A stretch of 64,000 nucleotides of DNA from Hydrolagus colliei. Lineage: Eukaryota. Location of the stretch: assembly GCA_035084275.1 (NCBI GenBank), contig CM068742.1, forward strand, positions 70,556,001 to 70,620,000. The letters are read 5' to 3'. Under the pieces are notes generated by a model. It had not been told where the DNA came from and made no database searches. It saw only the letters and a list, made by a program, of their open reading frames with translations. Both the position numbers and the translations under genes were made by a program. Of this stretch, positions 25,201-37,528 are shown piece after piece (positions within the stretch are counted from its first letter, which is position 1; each line of letters opens with the position of its first letter).

Positions 25201-25410
25201 TTCTCTCCTCTGTCAATCGCCTTATTGTTTTTTTTTGCAACACAATGAGCAAAAGTGAACGTTTCAAGTTAAGGAACTGGTGGGAAGACCTGAAGGGGAA
25301 CGACTACCCCCCCCCCCCCCCCCCCACACCCCCCCCCCATTTTAATGCAAATCTATGTCTGAAATTGTCCTGTTTCTCTGTGTACACACTGTGCAGCCCC
25401 TCCGGCAGAG

Positions 25411-25517
25411 AGGTGAGAGGGTTGGAGACACCCCGGGGTGGCCGGGTGCTGTGTGTGCCTTTGGACAGTCTCTCTCCTGCTGCTATGGGTGGAACAATGT
25501 CAGTGGGATCTGTCAAC
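25411..25517 (+). CDS. NPNT/EGFL6-like gene, coding exon 2 (N-terminal Cys module); 5' boundary uncertain (25397 or 25411)
   Basis: PGAVCAFGQSLSCCYGWNNVSGICQ matches the NPNT GLCRYGGRIDCCWGW..GQCQ / EGFL6 PGVCHYGTKLACCYGW motif. Perfect donor caac|gtaagt (phase 1). Confidence 0.8.
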
Positions 25518-26504
25518 GTAAGTGGGGGCAACATGTGGGAATTCTCACAACTCTCTCAGCTTCCCCCTGTCTGTCTGTCTGTGTCTGTCTGTCTGTCTGT
25601 ACAGATCGACTGACATTATCCTCGTTTGCACCTGACCCAGATCTTACCTTCTGCACCTTGCTGTGTGGAGTTAGCTGCAGGTAAGTAAGCAGCCCTCTGC
25701 AAACCAGTACTGGACAAGTGTATGTGTTATTTACTCAACCTCATCTCCCTAATATATACATATATATATCCCTAATGTATCCTAAATGAAGGCTGACAGG
25801 GTTCCTAAAAAAAACATTAAAACTACCAAATGCAACCCTCCAGTTTTCGAATGGATGCTGTGCCCTTTATTAACACTCAACCCTGCTTTGCTGCTTCTGA
25901 GTAACTGAGTAAATTAGCTAAAACTGTCCATTGTCAGCCATCAGCAGATTTTTTTTTAAATCTAATAATAATCCTTAAATTAGATAGAGCGCCTTCAAGT
26001 GTCATTGACGCATTTCAAATTGTCTACAACAGCCTGGATTGAGTGACCAAAATGATTTTTTTTTAATTAAAAGATTGAAGTAATCCGATAAAGCTGAAAA
26101 GTTTGGTTAATATACGGGGTTGGAAATGTTTACAGCAACTCATTCAACATAATTAATGTTTATAATTTCGAACCTCCCTTTAATTGATTTATATATCCAG
26201 AGTATGTGCACAAAAAACAATGGGTAGTCGGCCTGAGTGACTCTTAGACTAATTGTTGCCATAGACAGAAGCCTGAAAATAAAGAACTGAAGCTTCGATC
26301 TACATTTGAACCTCAGGGTTGTATTTTGTACACACTATTACCAAACTGCCAGTGGATCTTTTAACAGTTAGGATCTATGAGGGAGAAAATCTGCCTGAGT
26401 CTAGATTTGTTTCTATTTTCTTAAAGATTTAGGCTTTAAGATTATTGAATTCAGTTATAACCTTCAAGACTGTTTTCTGGAGTTTGTAACAGAAACCTTC
26501 AAGA

Positions 26505-26951
26505 AAAATGGCTTTGAAATTTTCTCTTGAAAAGAGGAGGCTAAGGGGGACCTGATAGAGGTCAGGTCCCCTTTAAAATTATGAAAGGTTTTGATATGGT
26601 AGACATAGGGAAGATGTTTCCACTTGTGGGGGAGACCAAAGCCAGGGCCATCAATATAAAATATAATATAAAATAATCACAAATAGATCAAATAGGGAAT
26701 TTAGAAGAATATTCTTTACATAGAGAATAGTGGGAATGTGGAACTTGCTACCACCGGAGTTGTTGATGTAAATAGCACAGATGTATCTAAGGGGAAGCTA
26801 GATAGGTACATGAGGGAGAAAGGAATAGAAGGTTATGCTTATTGGCTTAGTTGAGGAAGGGCAGTAGGAGGCTTGTGGAGCATAAATGCTGGCATAGACC
26901 GGTTGGGCTGAATGGCCCCTTTCTGTATTGTATATTCAAATGTATTCAAAT
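26505..26951 (+). mobile_element. CR1 LINE 3' fragment
   Basis: FSLEKRRLRGDLIEV..KIMKGFD motif, 3' ggctgaatggcc stem and short tandem tail. Confidence 0.8.
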
Positions 26952-27594
26952 GGCTTCAAAATTAACACAGGTTTAAAGAACTTACCAAATTCAGGATTCT
27001 CTGAAATGCTATTATAATAGAGTAAATGTAGACCTAGGTGGAATTTCTACCCCTTATGTTGATGTAGGATGGAGAGTCCAATATTTGTTTTAGCCATTAC
27101 TGCACTGAATTAGGTTCACGATAATTTTTTGCTGTGTTTTATTACATAGTTGTAGAAGGTTTATCACAAAGTGATTAACTACAGTAACAAAAAACTAAGT
27201 AACAATAATAAACTGTTTTTTATACAGCATCTTTCGTGCAAAAACAAATGTCTCAAAGGACTTGACAATGTAATAATAATAATAATAATAATAAAAAACC
27301 TTGCATTTTGATATAGCACCTTTCACATCTTATCCAAGTCTCAAAGTGTTTCACAGAATATACAAGTGAATTGACTGTATATTTGTGGGCAAAATTGAAT
27401 ATTATACAGACAAATACAACACATTTCTGGATCAGAGGTTTCCCACAACAATCAGTTAAGCGGCCAATTCATGTGAACATTTGGTGGCTTTATTTGAATT
27501 AGGAGAGGAATATAAACAATGAAAAATGACACAACTTGTCCATGTTGTCCATGTTATGAAAAAACGGAAGAAAGAATCTTGAGTTTCATTTTCA

Positions 27595-28291
27595 GGTTCA
27601 ACCCCCAAATGTCCTTCCTCCCCCACTCCGGTCCCTCACCAGCACCAATTCTACCACCTCCGACAGATCTCCCGTCTCCGACAATACCTCACTCCAAAAG
27701 CCGCTGAAACCTTGGTTCATGCCTTTGTCATCTCTCGGCTGGACTATTGCAACTCCCTCCTTGCCGGTCTCCCTGCCACCACAATCCACAAAATTCAGCT
27801 AATTTAAAACTCTGCCGCCCGCATACTTACCCACACCAAGCTTTGCTCCCCCATTACTCCAGTCCTTGCCAGACTTCACTGGCTCCTTGTCCCTGAGAGG
27901 ATCGACTTCAAGATCCTCACCCTTGTTTTCAAGTCCTTCCACTCCTCTGCACCCCTCTACCTCTCTGACCTCCTCTTTCCCCAAACCAGCACCAGCTGCC
28001 TTCACTCCACTGGGTCTGGCCTCCATGTCCCCCGAATCCTCCGCTCCACCCTTTGTGGCCGTGCCTTCAGTCACTTCGCCCCGAGGCTCTGGAACTCCCT
28101 TCCTCACTCTCTTCGCTTCGCACCCTCTCTTCCCAGTTTCAGGTCACAGCTGAAGACCTTTCTCTTCGACCGCGCCTTTGGTCACCTTTCAACCCCTGGA
28201 TCGGTCCTGGGATCCATTATTGTGAAGCGCTCTGAGATGCCATCCGGCGTGGAGGGTGCTGTATAAATCGAAGTTGTTGTTGTTGTTGTTT
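27595..28291 (+). mobile_element. L2 LINE 3' portion
   Basis: SRLDYCNSLL..LHWL..RIDFKIL; (TTG)n tail. Confidence 0.92.
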
Positions 28292-28961
28292 GGTGCACAA
28301 CATTTAATGTAGGTCTAAACTATGGTAAATTAAACCAGCCCACTCTGAAGATGTAAGCAACTGCAAGCCCATTATGTGCCAACATATCACTTGAACAATG
28401 CATGGTCAGGTGTGCCCTTAAGTAAAGAATTTTTAGTAAAGAAAGAAGATCATAACAATAAAAGAGCAGTACACCGACATCAAGGATCAAAGCACACTTT
28501 CAGATACACTTTTAGCTTTTCATTGAATTCCATTTGTTTTATTGTCTCAAATCCTTTCCATTGTTGGCTTAAACTCTCAAAGTAACAAATAGCATTCATC
28601 CTTGTTGCTGTGAAAATGGGTCTAAAAGTTCTTCCTGTCCATTCAAGTTTGTGTGGAGGAATCCTGGCAGTTTATAAGTAGTTTAAAATGTATGGGAAAA
28701 AAGGATCCTAATGTTAATGATAATAGCTAAGCAGGGTGAAACCTTGGGCAAATTTCCTTACTCCACACAGCTGATAATTATCCTGTTTTTTTTAATTTGG
28801 ACATTTCAATCCACAACTGTTCATGAGACACTGATGTGTGCAATTGGCTGCCACGTTTTGTCCACATAGTCAATTCACTTTACAGTATATTTTGTGAAGC
28901 ACTTTGAGACATCCAGAAGACATGAAAAGCGCTACATCAAATGCAAGGATTATTATAATAA

Positions 28962-29525
28962 TGAACAATCAGGTCAGGACCCGAGCAGGGGGTGGGGAGG
29001 GTTGGGCTAGAGGAAAGAGAAAGAAGAGTAGGAGAGGGGGGAAGAGTCAGGAGGGGAGCAGAAGGCACGGTCGAAGAGGAAGGTCTTGAGACCGGCCTTG
29101 AAGGAGGAAAGAGAGGAAGTGAGGCGAAGGGATTGCGGGATGGAGTTCCACTGTGTGGGAGCAGAGAGGCTGAAAGCCCGGCCACCGATGGTATGGCGGT
29201 TAGGGCGGTGGACGTGGAGCAGGCCAGAGCCTGCTGAGCGGAGGGGACGGGGGGCCTAATAGGGAGACAGCAGGTCGGAGAGATACGCGAGGGCAAGGAC
29301 ATGAATAGCCTTGAAGGTGAGGACGAGGATCTCAAATTTGACCCTCTGGATGACGGGGAGCCAGTGGAGACGGGCGAGGGTGGGAGTGATGTGGTCGCGG
29401 AGCCTAGTGCGGGAGAGTACATGAGCTGTAGAATTCTGAATAATCTGCAGTTCGTGAAGGGAGGAGCTGGGAAGGCCGACGAGGAGAGAGCCTAGATGTA
29501 ATGAAGGCATGTATGAGTGTTTCAT
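28962..29525 (-). mobile_element. L2 LINE fragment abutting a SINE tail
   Basis: [20 protein letters not shown]. Confidence 0.88.
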
Positions 29526-30281
29526 GGGGGAGCTCTGGAGGGGAAATGGGGTAGCTCTGGGCAGAGGACAATAATAACAATAATCGTTAGTTTTATATAT
29601 TGCCTTATTATGTTGAATAGTTGAAATGTTTCAGGATTTCCAGTGAAGTGCATTGGCTGTACATTTGTAAGCGAATGTGGAAGCCAATTTGCACACAGCA
29701 TTGTACGACAAAAAGACATGAAGTGAATGAGCAATTCTTCAGTTGGCCAGAACTGGGAGAAATTCCCTTATCTGATCAAGTAGTGTAATTTTGTTGTGGA
29801 GCTAGCGGGCAATATCTGGAATAGGTTAGCTTGTGAGGATACATCGGTGCAGACATGCATTGCAAACCCTTTACTTTTGTAACAATTCCTGAGAAACTCT
29901 GCTGTCTGCAAAACCATCTCAAAGTTTATATGTCAATACTTTCTTGTAACCTACAGAGACTGACTGGTTTGCATAAGGTCCTCAACTTATGTCAATAAAA
30001 CCCTCTGCTCACTACTGAATAATACAACAACACTTGCATTCAAAACATTGTTGCATTGAAGAAGTAATCAGAGGATAAATCTTTCAGCAAAACCATAAGA
30101 TTCTGCTCCCAGTCGAAAGTAACTATTGTATATTAACACTTGCAAGCAATGTTAATTGAAACAACTTATTGTAATTGTGAAATAATTGGCACAAAATATC
30201 ATGAAATTGGTCAATTTAAATATTCATACTATTAACAAAGGTTGACTAACAGCTGTATTAAAACAGGTCCTGTATCTTAGT

Positions 30282-30682
30282 GGAGTCCTGTATTTTACTG
30301 GTTAGACCAGTTGCCTTGCAAGAGAGAAGATCTGGGTTTGATTCCCGGGCAAAGCGAAATGTTTGGCAAGTTTCCTTACTCCACATGCCTGTGTTCACCT
30401 GTGTTCACTTAGCACCTAGTAGGAACCCGGTTGTTAGTCGATTGGCGGATGGCTTTTCTGGGGTAACAATCCCTTCAAATTTTTTTAAAATAATAATAAT
30501 TTGGTTTCTTAATCCACCACAGTATGTGGGACACCGTTATGTGCAATTAGCTGTTGCTTTTTGCCCATAAAACACACAAGCAATTTCACTTTACAGTATG
30601 TGAAGCATTTTGAGACGCCTAGTAGACGTGATAAGGCACTACTGCAAAAATTGCAAGGAATGTTATTATTATTATTATTATT
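30282..30682 (+). mobile_element. tRNA-derived SINE (long form)
   Basis: Head, central module, core and (ATT)n tail. Confidence 0.85.
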
Positions 30683-30729
30683 AGATGAGCTTTCAATGTG
30701 TTTCATATTATTCTTTGTTTAACTTGTAG

Positions 30730-30822
30730 CTCAATGTTCTAAACCGTGTAAACATGGAATATGTACTGGTCCGAATCGCTGCACTTGCTTTAAAGGATTC
30801 AACGGAAAGTACTGCGACACAG
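30730..30822 (+). CDS. NPNT/EGFL6-like gene, exon 3 (EGF1)
   Basis: ttgtag|...acag|gtgaaa; 93 nt, phase 1-1. PQCSKPCKHGICTGPNRCTCFKGFNGKYCDT resembles NPNT PVCQPRCKHGECIGPNKCKC. Confidence 0.92.
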
Positions 30823-31171
30823 GTGAAAATTTTACTAAATATTCCTCACTGTTTACTTTTTATTTCCAAAGTGAAAAGCAGCTGAAGTGTTGTGGACCCT
30901 ATTTACTGGCTAATAACAGGGTTTTAATATACAGCTATATGTCGTGGAATTGAAATTTAGCAGTGGTAATATTTCAGTAGTTGTGACAACATGAAATGTG
31001 CTGGTTACGCTTATGGCAGTTTTTTTTTCTGTCAATTTTTGTGCTCCTATTTTCTCTTCTCCTGAAGAGGTTTTGGCTCAAATTTCCATCACCCAAGTTG
31101 CCAATAACCCAGTACGAGCCTTCACAGTCAGTGCTGACATTTGAAAGCCAACATCATTCAGTCTGCTCAGT

Positions 31172-34100
31172 TTAAGAACATAAGAAATAGGAGCAGGAGT
31201 AAGCCATTCGACCCATCGAACCTGCCCCACCATTCAATCATGGCTGATATTCTACTCTAACTCCAGCTCCCTGCCTTATCCCCATACCCCTTAATCCCTT
31301 TATAAATGAGAAATCTATCTAACTCAGTCTTGAACATGTTCAAGGACTGAGCATCAACAGCCCTTTGGGGTAAAGAATTCCATACATTCACCACCCTCTG
31401 AGTGAAGAAGTTTTTCTCAACTCAGTGTGAAAGGGCTGACCACTAACTTTAAGACTGTGACCCCTGGTTTTAGATTCTCCAACCAGGGGAAACAATCTCC
31501 CACTATCTACTTTGTCGTGCCCCTTAATAATCTTATCGGTTTCTATAAGATCCCCTCTAATTCTTCTATATTCCAGAGAATATAGGCTCATATTAATCAA
31601 CCTATCGTCATAACTTATCCCCCTCATTCCAGGTACTAACCTAGTAAACCTACGCTGCACTCCCTCCAAGGCAAGTACATCCTTTCTTAAATAAGGAGAC
31701 CAAAACTGTATTCTAGGTGCCCTATACAGCTGCAGCAAGACATCCCAACGCTTACACTCTAACCCTTTCATAATGAAAGCTAACATATCATTAGCCTTCC
31801 TAATTGCCTGCTGCACCTGCATACTAGCTTACTGTGTTTGGTATACAACTACACCCAAGTCCCTCTGCACGCTAACACTTTCCAATCTCTTCAATCTCTA
31901 AAAAATAATCTGCTCTAATGTTTTTGCGACCTAGGTGGATGACTTTGCACTTCCCTACATTATAGTTCATCTGCCATCTACCTGCCCACTCCCTAACCTA
32001 TCTATATCGTGTTGCATTTTTTTAATGTCATCCTTGGGATTAACGCTTCCTCCTAGTTTCGTATCATCAGCAAATTTAGATATATTAAGCTTGATGTCCT
32101 TATCTAGATCATTGACGTAGATGATAAATAGCTGACTCCACTAGTCACATCCCGCCAATCTGAGAAAGACCCATTTATCCCTACTCTTTGTTTCCTACCC
32201 ATTAACCATTCCCTAATCCATGATAATATGTTCCCCCCAATTCCGTAGGCCCCTATCTTTTGGATCAACCTTTTATGCGGCACCTTATCGAATGCCTTCT
32301 AGAAGTCCAAATAGACTACATCCACGGATTCACCCCTATCTAGTTTACTCAAAATATCCTCAAAAAATTCTATGAGATTCGTCAAACATGACTTCCCTTT
32401 TGTAACGCCACGTTGACTTGGCCTAATTATATCATTGCTCTCCTAAATACTCCACTAAAACATCCTGAATCAAGGATTCTAAAATGTTTCCTATCACCGA
32501 TGTCAGACTAACTGGCCTATAGTTCCCCATCTTTTCCTTTCCACCCTTTTTAAATAGTGGTGTGATATTTGCAATCTTCCAATCCATGGGGACTGTTCCA
32601 GAATCCAAGGAATTTTGGAAGATCAGACACAAGGCCCCCACTATCTCATAAGCAACAACAACAACAACTTTGATTTATATAGCGCCCTCCACGCCGGACA
32701 GCGTCTCAGAGCGTTTCACAATAGCGGATCCCAGGACCGAGCCAGGGGCAGGGGTAGAAAGGTGTCCAAAGGCGCGGTTGAAGAGAAAGGTCTTCAGCTG
32801 GGTTCTGAAGCTGAGAAAAGAGGGGGCAAGGTGAAAGTAGTGAGGAAGGGAATTCCAGAGCCTCAGAATAGTGGCTGAAGGCACGGCTGCCGAGGGTGGA
32901 GCAGAGGATTCGGGGGACATGGAGGAGGCCAGACCCAGTGGAGCGGAGGCAACGGGAGCTGGTTTGGGGAGAGAGGAGGTCAGAGAGGTAGGGGGATGCA
33001 GAGGAGTGGAGGGATTTGAAGACAAGGGTGAGGACTTGAAGTCGATCCTCTCAGTGACAGGGAGCCAGTGAAGTCTGGCAAGGACTGGAGTAATGGGGGA
33101 GAGAAGTTTGGTGCTGGTGAGTATGCGGGCGGCAGAGTTTTGAATGAGTTGGATTTTATGGATTGTGGTGGTGAGGAGACCGGCGAGGAGGGCATTCGAA
33201 TAGTCCAGCCGTGAGGTGACGAAGGTGTGGACCAGAGTTTTAGCGGCTTTTGGGTGAGGTATTGCTAGAGACACATTGCTTATCCATCCTATAAACTATA
33301 AACTGAAAACCTTGGGATATTTAACTCCCACCCTAGATCTCCCTGTAGTCATGTTTCAGTGATGGTTACCAAATTGTACCCATATGTGTCTAATTGTGCC
33401 TTTAATTCATCCGTTTTATTCCGAATGCTTCGCGCATTCAAATATAAAGTTTTGAATTTCCTACGATTTCCCCTACTCTATGATTTCCTATCTACTTTGC
33501 CAAGCTTTTTATCCCTAGTTAACAGATTTTTAATATTCATATTCACCAGTACCCTATCACTGGGCTTCTTTTCCCCGCTTGACACACTCTGCTCATCTCC
33601 CTCGTTAATCAGCTCTCCCACTTTCATCAATCCTAATTTTAATTGTGATGGATTACATCTGACTATGATTTTACCCCCTCCCCCCCACCCCCCTTAGTAG
33701 TTTAAAGCCCTGTCTACCTCCCTATTTATTCGTGTCACCGGGAGATTTGTCCCAAGCCTGTTTATGTGGAGTCCATTCCTTTGGAATAGCTCCTGTTTCC
33801 CCCAATATTGATGCCAGTGGCCCATAAAATGAAACCCCTGCCCTCTGCACCACTCTTTTAGCCAGGCATTCAGATCCTTCATTTTCTTTTGGCTGTACCA
33901 ATTAGCCCCTGGCTCAGGTAACAATCCCGATATTAATACTTTCGATGTTTTATTCATTGGCTTAGCTCCCAATTCCCAGAACTGGCGCCTCAACTCGTCC
34001 CTACCAGTCCTACCTACATCATTGGTCCCTATGTGAATTATAACAATTGGATCCTCTCCCTCTTGCTTCAGATTTTTCTCCACCCCGGAAGTGACGTCCT

Positions 34101-34720
34101 TCACCCCGGTCCCAGCAAGGCAACAGAGTCTTCTTGTCTCCCTGCTACAGCCGCAGAAAAGTGTCTCAGTCCCCCTGACTGTCTCATCCCCAATTACCAC
34201 TATATTTCTTCTGACTATTCCCCCTTGTGTGGCCTCCTGAATAGAGGTGTTGGAGTCAGTTTGCCTATCTTCCTCACAGACTTCCTAGTCCACACAGGTT
34301 GCAAGTATTTCATACCTGTTGGACAAGGATAAAGCCTGGGGATCCTCTGCCCCTATCTTTCGGGTCCCCGTACCTGCCCGTCTGATCGTCACCCAGTCCT
34401 GTCCGTGGCTGGAAACGGGATCGATTTGTTCCGTGGGCCTCGGGGGAATGACTGGCTCCAGGATTAAACTGTTCAGGAAGCTCTCACTATCTTTGATGCT
34501 GCGCAGTGTCTCCACCTGAGACTCCAGTTCAGCTATTCTTAGCTGGAGCTTCCTCAGTTGTAGAAACTTGCTGCAGATGAAGTCGCCCAGGCTCAAGTTT
34601 CCCTCCATCAACTCCCACATACCACATTCCTCACACATCACCTGCCAGGCCATTCTCTCCTCTCACTCTCTTTTTCCTTATATTATTATAATATAATAAG
34701 CTTGCACCTACTCTGCACCT
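31172..34720 (-). mobile_element. CR1 LINE retaining both ends, with an internal deletion and an L2 insertion
   Basis: ORF1 Zn-finger/leucine zipper (34285-34653, CEECGMWE..LQLRIAELESQV) and SGNH esterase (33694-34200, VIGD..HIGTND..GLH). ORF2 fragments NYRPVSLTS, QFWSPYLRKD..LEGVQRRFT; 3' end ttcttatgttctta. Confidence 0.92.
32652..33270 (-). mobile_element. L2 LINE 3' portion inserted in CR1
   Basis: [33 protein letters not shown]; (TTG)n tail. Confidence 0.93.
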
Positions 34721-34949
34721 AATTCCAACTCTCACCCAATTCCTTCTCACTCTGGTTTGCAAAACTGATTTTGAATATGAATGGCATAATAAACATATAG
34801 CTTTGTCTTTGGCACCAATTGAAACTTTCCTTCATTAAATTGTGGACTTTTGCTTATGGAAACTATACAGAATACAGATAGAGTAGACAGTGATCATGAT
34901 AGATGTACTTAGGAAGCTCTCCAATATTTTTTGGGGGGTTCATATTATA

Positions 34950-35126
34950 CAGTCAAACCATTCAAGGAACCGCCTCCATTCAACAACCACCTCCTATTAG
35001 CAACCACCCTGGAACATTTCAGACAGCTCAGTTTGCACACAAACAAACCTTTATTCAGAGGCCACCCTTATATAAAGGCCACTATGGCCCTATCCCCTGA
35101 ATGGTGGTTGAAGACAGATTTAACTG
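34950..35126. mobile_element. TA-flanked MITE (Tc1/mariner-pogo type)
   Basis: ta|cagtcaaacc ... gatttaactg|ta, with internal accacc/ggtggt repeats. Confidence 0.6.
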
Positions 35127-36379
35127 TACAGTAAACGTGTTTGTCTACAACTTCCCTATAAAATACAGAAAATTTTCTAAATCCCATGAAGCAATTGCAG
35201 ATATTCTCCTGAGGTGAAAGTTGTTCTATCAAATGCAAGAATTATTATAATGATTACTATTCTTATTATTATTATAGCTTTGATGTCGTCACTACTTTAA
35301 AACAGCACCCAACTTTGCTATGTTTGCGCACCATCTGGTGAAATAAAATTGGTGGCTCAGAAAACCCAATGGCTATGCTCATTGCCATTTATATCACACA
35401 CTTTCACAGAGGGCAGCATCTCAGAGCAGTTAACAGTGTTGGAGCCTGACGCTGAGCCTGGTAAGGGATAACCGTAAGCACTTACTCTATCTACTCTTCT
35501 GGGGTAACATTAGTGCCCCTATCTCTTAGCAGGTAAGAATTATGCTTCTTGGTTTTACCTTTGTTCCCAATCTTTTACTGTGCGCCATCTTTTTCCTTGC
35601 CAACCGACAAGTCATTCAGATGCTTTTTGCAGTTCTTTGTACCTCTTTATGGCTTGTAAGATCCCAGTGCTTTTTAGGGCAATCAATCCCAGTCTCCTGG
35701 CCAACAATCCACTCGATAGATTGATCATTCACCTTCAAGCTGTTTGTGCAATTCTTACTGCCTGGAAAATTACTGCAGTGTTTTCCTACAAAAACAGTTA
35801 CTACACTTGACAGCAATCAATTTAAAGCTCTTTGAGACACGTCAACGTGATAAGGCACTGCAAAAAGGCAAATTCGTTCTTGAACTTTTCTGGGTGCACA
35901 AATGGAGATTGACTTGGATATTTGTTCAGTCCTTGACACAGTCCTGCAAACAGTATGGAACAATGGAATTCAATTGGTCAGCAGTTGACTGAAGCATGGA
36001 GCACTTTTGAACTGATACAATAAGCAGGTAGTTGTCAACATTATGCCTTAGTAACAGCTAGACATTTTTATTTATAACTCAGTCATTAAACCAAATGTAA
36101 CAGTATTTGTTTCCTGCCATTGATCTCACTAATTCTGTCTGTTATAAGTATTATCCAGACCCTAGAGAGGAAGGAGATGATTTTGTCCCCATCTTCATGC
36201 AGCCAGTCTATAGACATGGAAGTTAGTTTGAAGTGATTGCATTTGATTTTCCCTCCCGAGTGGGTAGGTATTTGGGCCTAGGTTTTGCTGAATGCCAATT
36301 GCACATGTGAAATCTACAACTCTCCATCTGAAACTCTGTAGCTGTGTGGCACGTCACAACTTTGTAAACAGGGTCACAA

Positions 36380-36778
36380 TAATAACCCTTGCATTTGATA
36401 TACTGTAGTACCTTCATGTCAGAGAGACGTTTCAAAGCACTACACAGATTTTACCGTAAAGTGTAGTGAATATCTATTTTGTAGGTGAAAGCAGCAAATA
36501 ATTTGCACACAGCAAAGTCCACAAACAGCCACAAGGTAACTGACTAATTTTATCTGGACGATTGTTGGCCAGGGTAATGGGATAAACTCCCATCTCTTTT
36601 CAAATGGTGTCATGGGATCTTTAACATGCATCTGATCAGGCAGATAGGACTTTAATGTTTCATCAGTCGGATGATCCCTCTGGCATTAGAGTGCCAGTTG
36701 AGACCGAATTCAAGTGCTGACGTGGGGCTTGAACCCAAAGTCTTCTGACTCAGAGGCAAGAGTGCTACCAACTGAGCC
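36380..36778 (-). mobile_element. Older Deu-domain-type tRNA SINE
   Basis: Reverse head ggctcagttggtagcactcttgcctctgagtcagaag..ggttcaagcccc, then gttaaagatcccatg..tggccaaca core. Confidence 0.8.
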
Positions 36779-36914
36779 GGGTTGACACGTGGCACCTATA
36801 AAAGGTGGTTAAATAAAGACTAATTTTTCCTCTAAATGCTGGAGGTTGTAAAATGAAACAAATGCTCACTACGAGGTCATGTATTAAAAAGTCATTTGAT
36901 TGCTTTATTTTAAG

Positions 36915-37037
36915 ATATAAATGAATGTGGGCTGATTCCCCGACTCTGTTCCCAACGCTGCATGAACACACATGGAGCCTATCGCTGCTATTGCAGTTAT
37001 GGTTACCAGATGAGCCCTGAGGGGAAGACCTGCTCCA
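36915..37037 (+). CDS. NPNT/EGFL6-like gene, exon 4 (calcium-binding EGF2)
   Basis: ttttaag|...tcca|gtaagc; 123 nt, phase 1-1. DINECGLIPRLCSQRCMNTHGAYRCYCSYGYQMSPEGKTCS. Confidence 0.93.
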
Positions 37038-37094
37038 GTAAGCTGACATTTCTTTGGCTAATAGTTCCTATTTTCTAAGTAATAATAATAAAAT

Positions 37095-37528
37095 AATCCA
37101 GGTAATTTTGGCATTTAATACAGTGCCTTTCACATCAGGAGGACTTCTCAGAGCATTTTACAGGATTCACTGTGAAGTCTAATGACTGTATATTTTGTGG
37201 GTGAACGCAGCAGCCAATTTGCAAATGAAATGTCCCATGAACAGCCATAAAGTTAACGACCAATTTTTAACTGGAGGATAGTTGGCCAGGACATTGGGAA
37301 AAACTCCCCTCTCTCTTCGAATTAGTGCCATAGGATCTTTAACATCAACTGATCAGGCAGCCGGGAGCTTGGTTTAACATTTTCATCCAAAGAATAGTAC
37401 TTCCAACAATGCAGTGTTCCCCCAGGTCTGCGATGGAACGTCAGCCAAGATTATGAGCTCAAAGTCCTGAATTGGGGCTTGAACCCAAAACAACTAACTC
37501 AGAGGTGAGAGCGCTGCCAACTGAGCCA
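37095..37528 (-). mobile_element. Older Deu-domain-type tRNA SINE
   Basis: Same family as 36380-36778; the two copies flank EGF exon 4. Confidence 0.8.

Noticed and set aside
25092-25613. 173-aa single-exon ORF
   Set aside because: Reads through an intron and a poly-C run; explained by exon 1 plus the wrong frame of exon 2.
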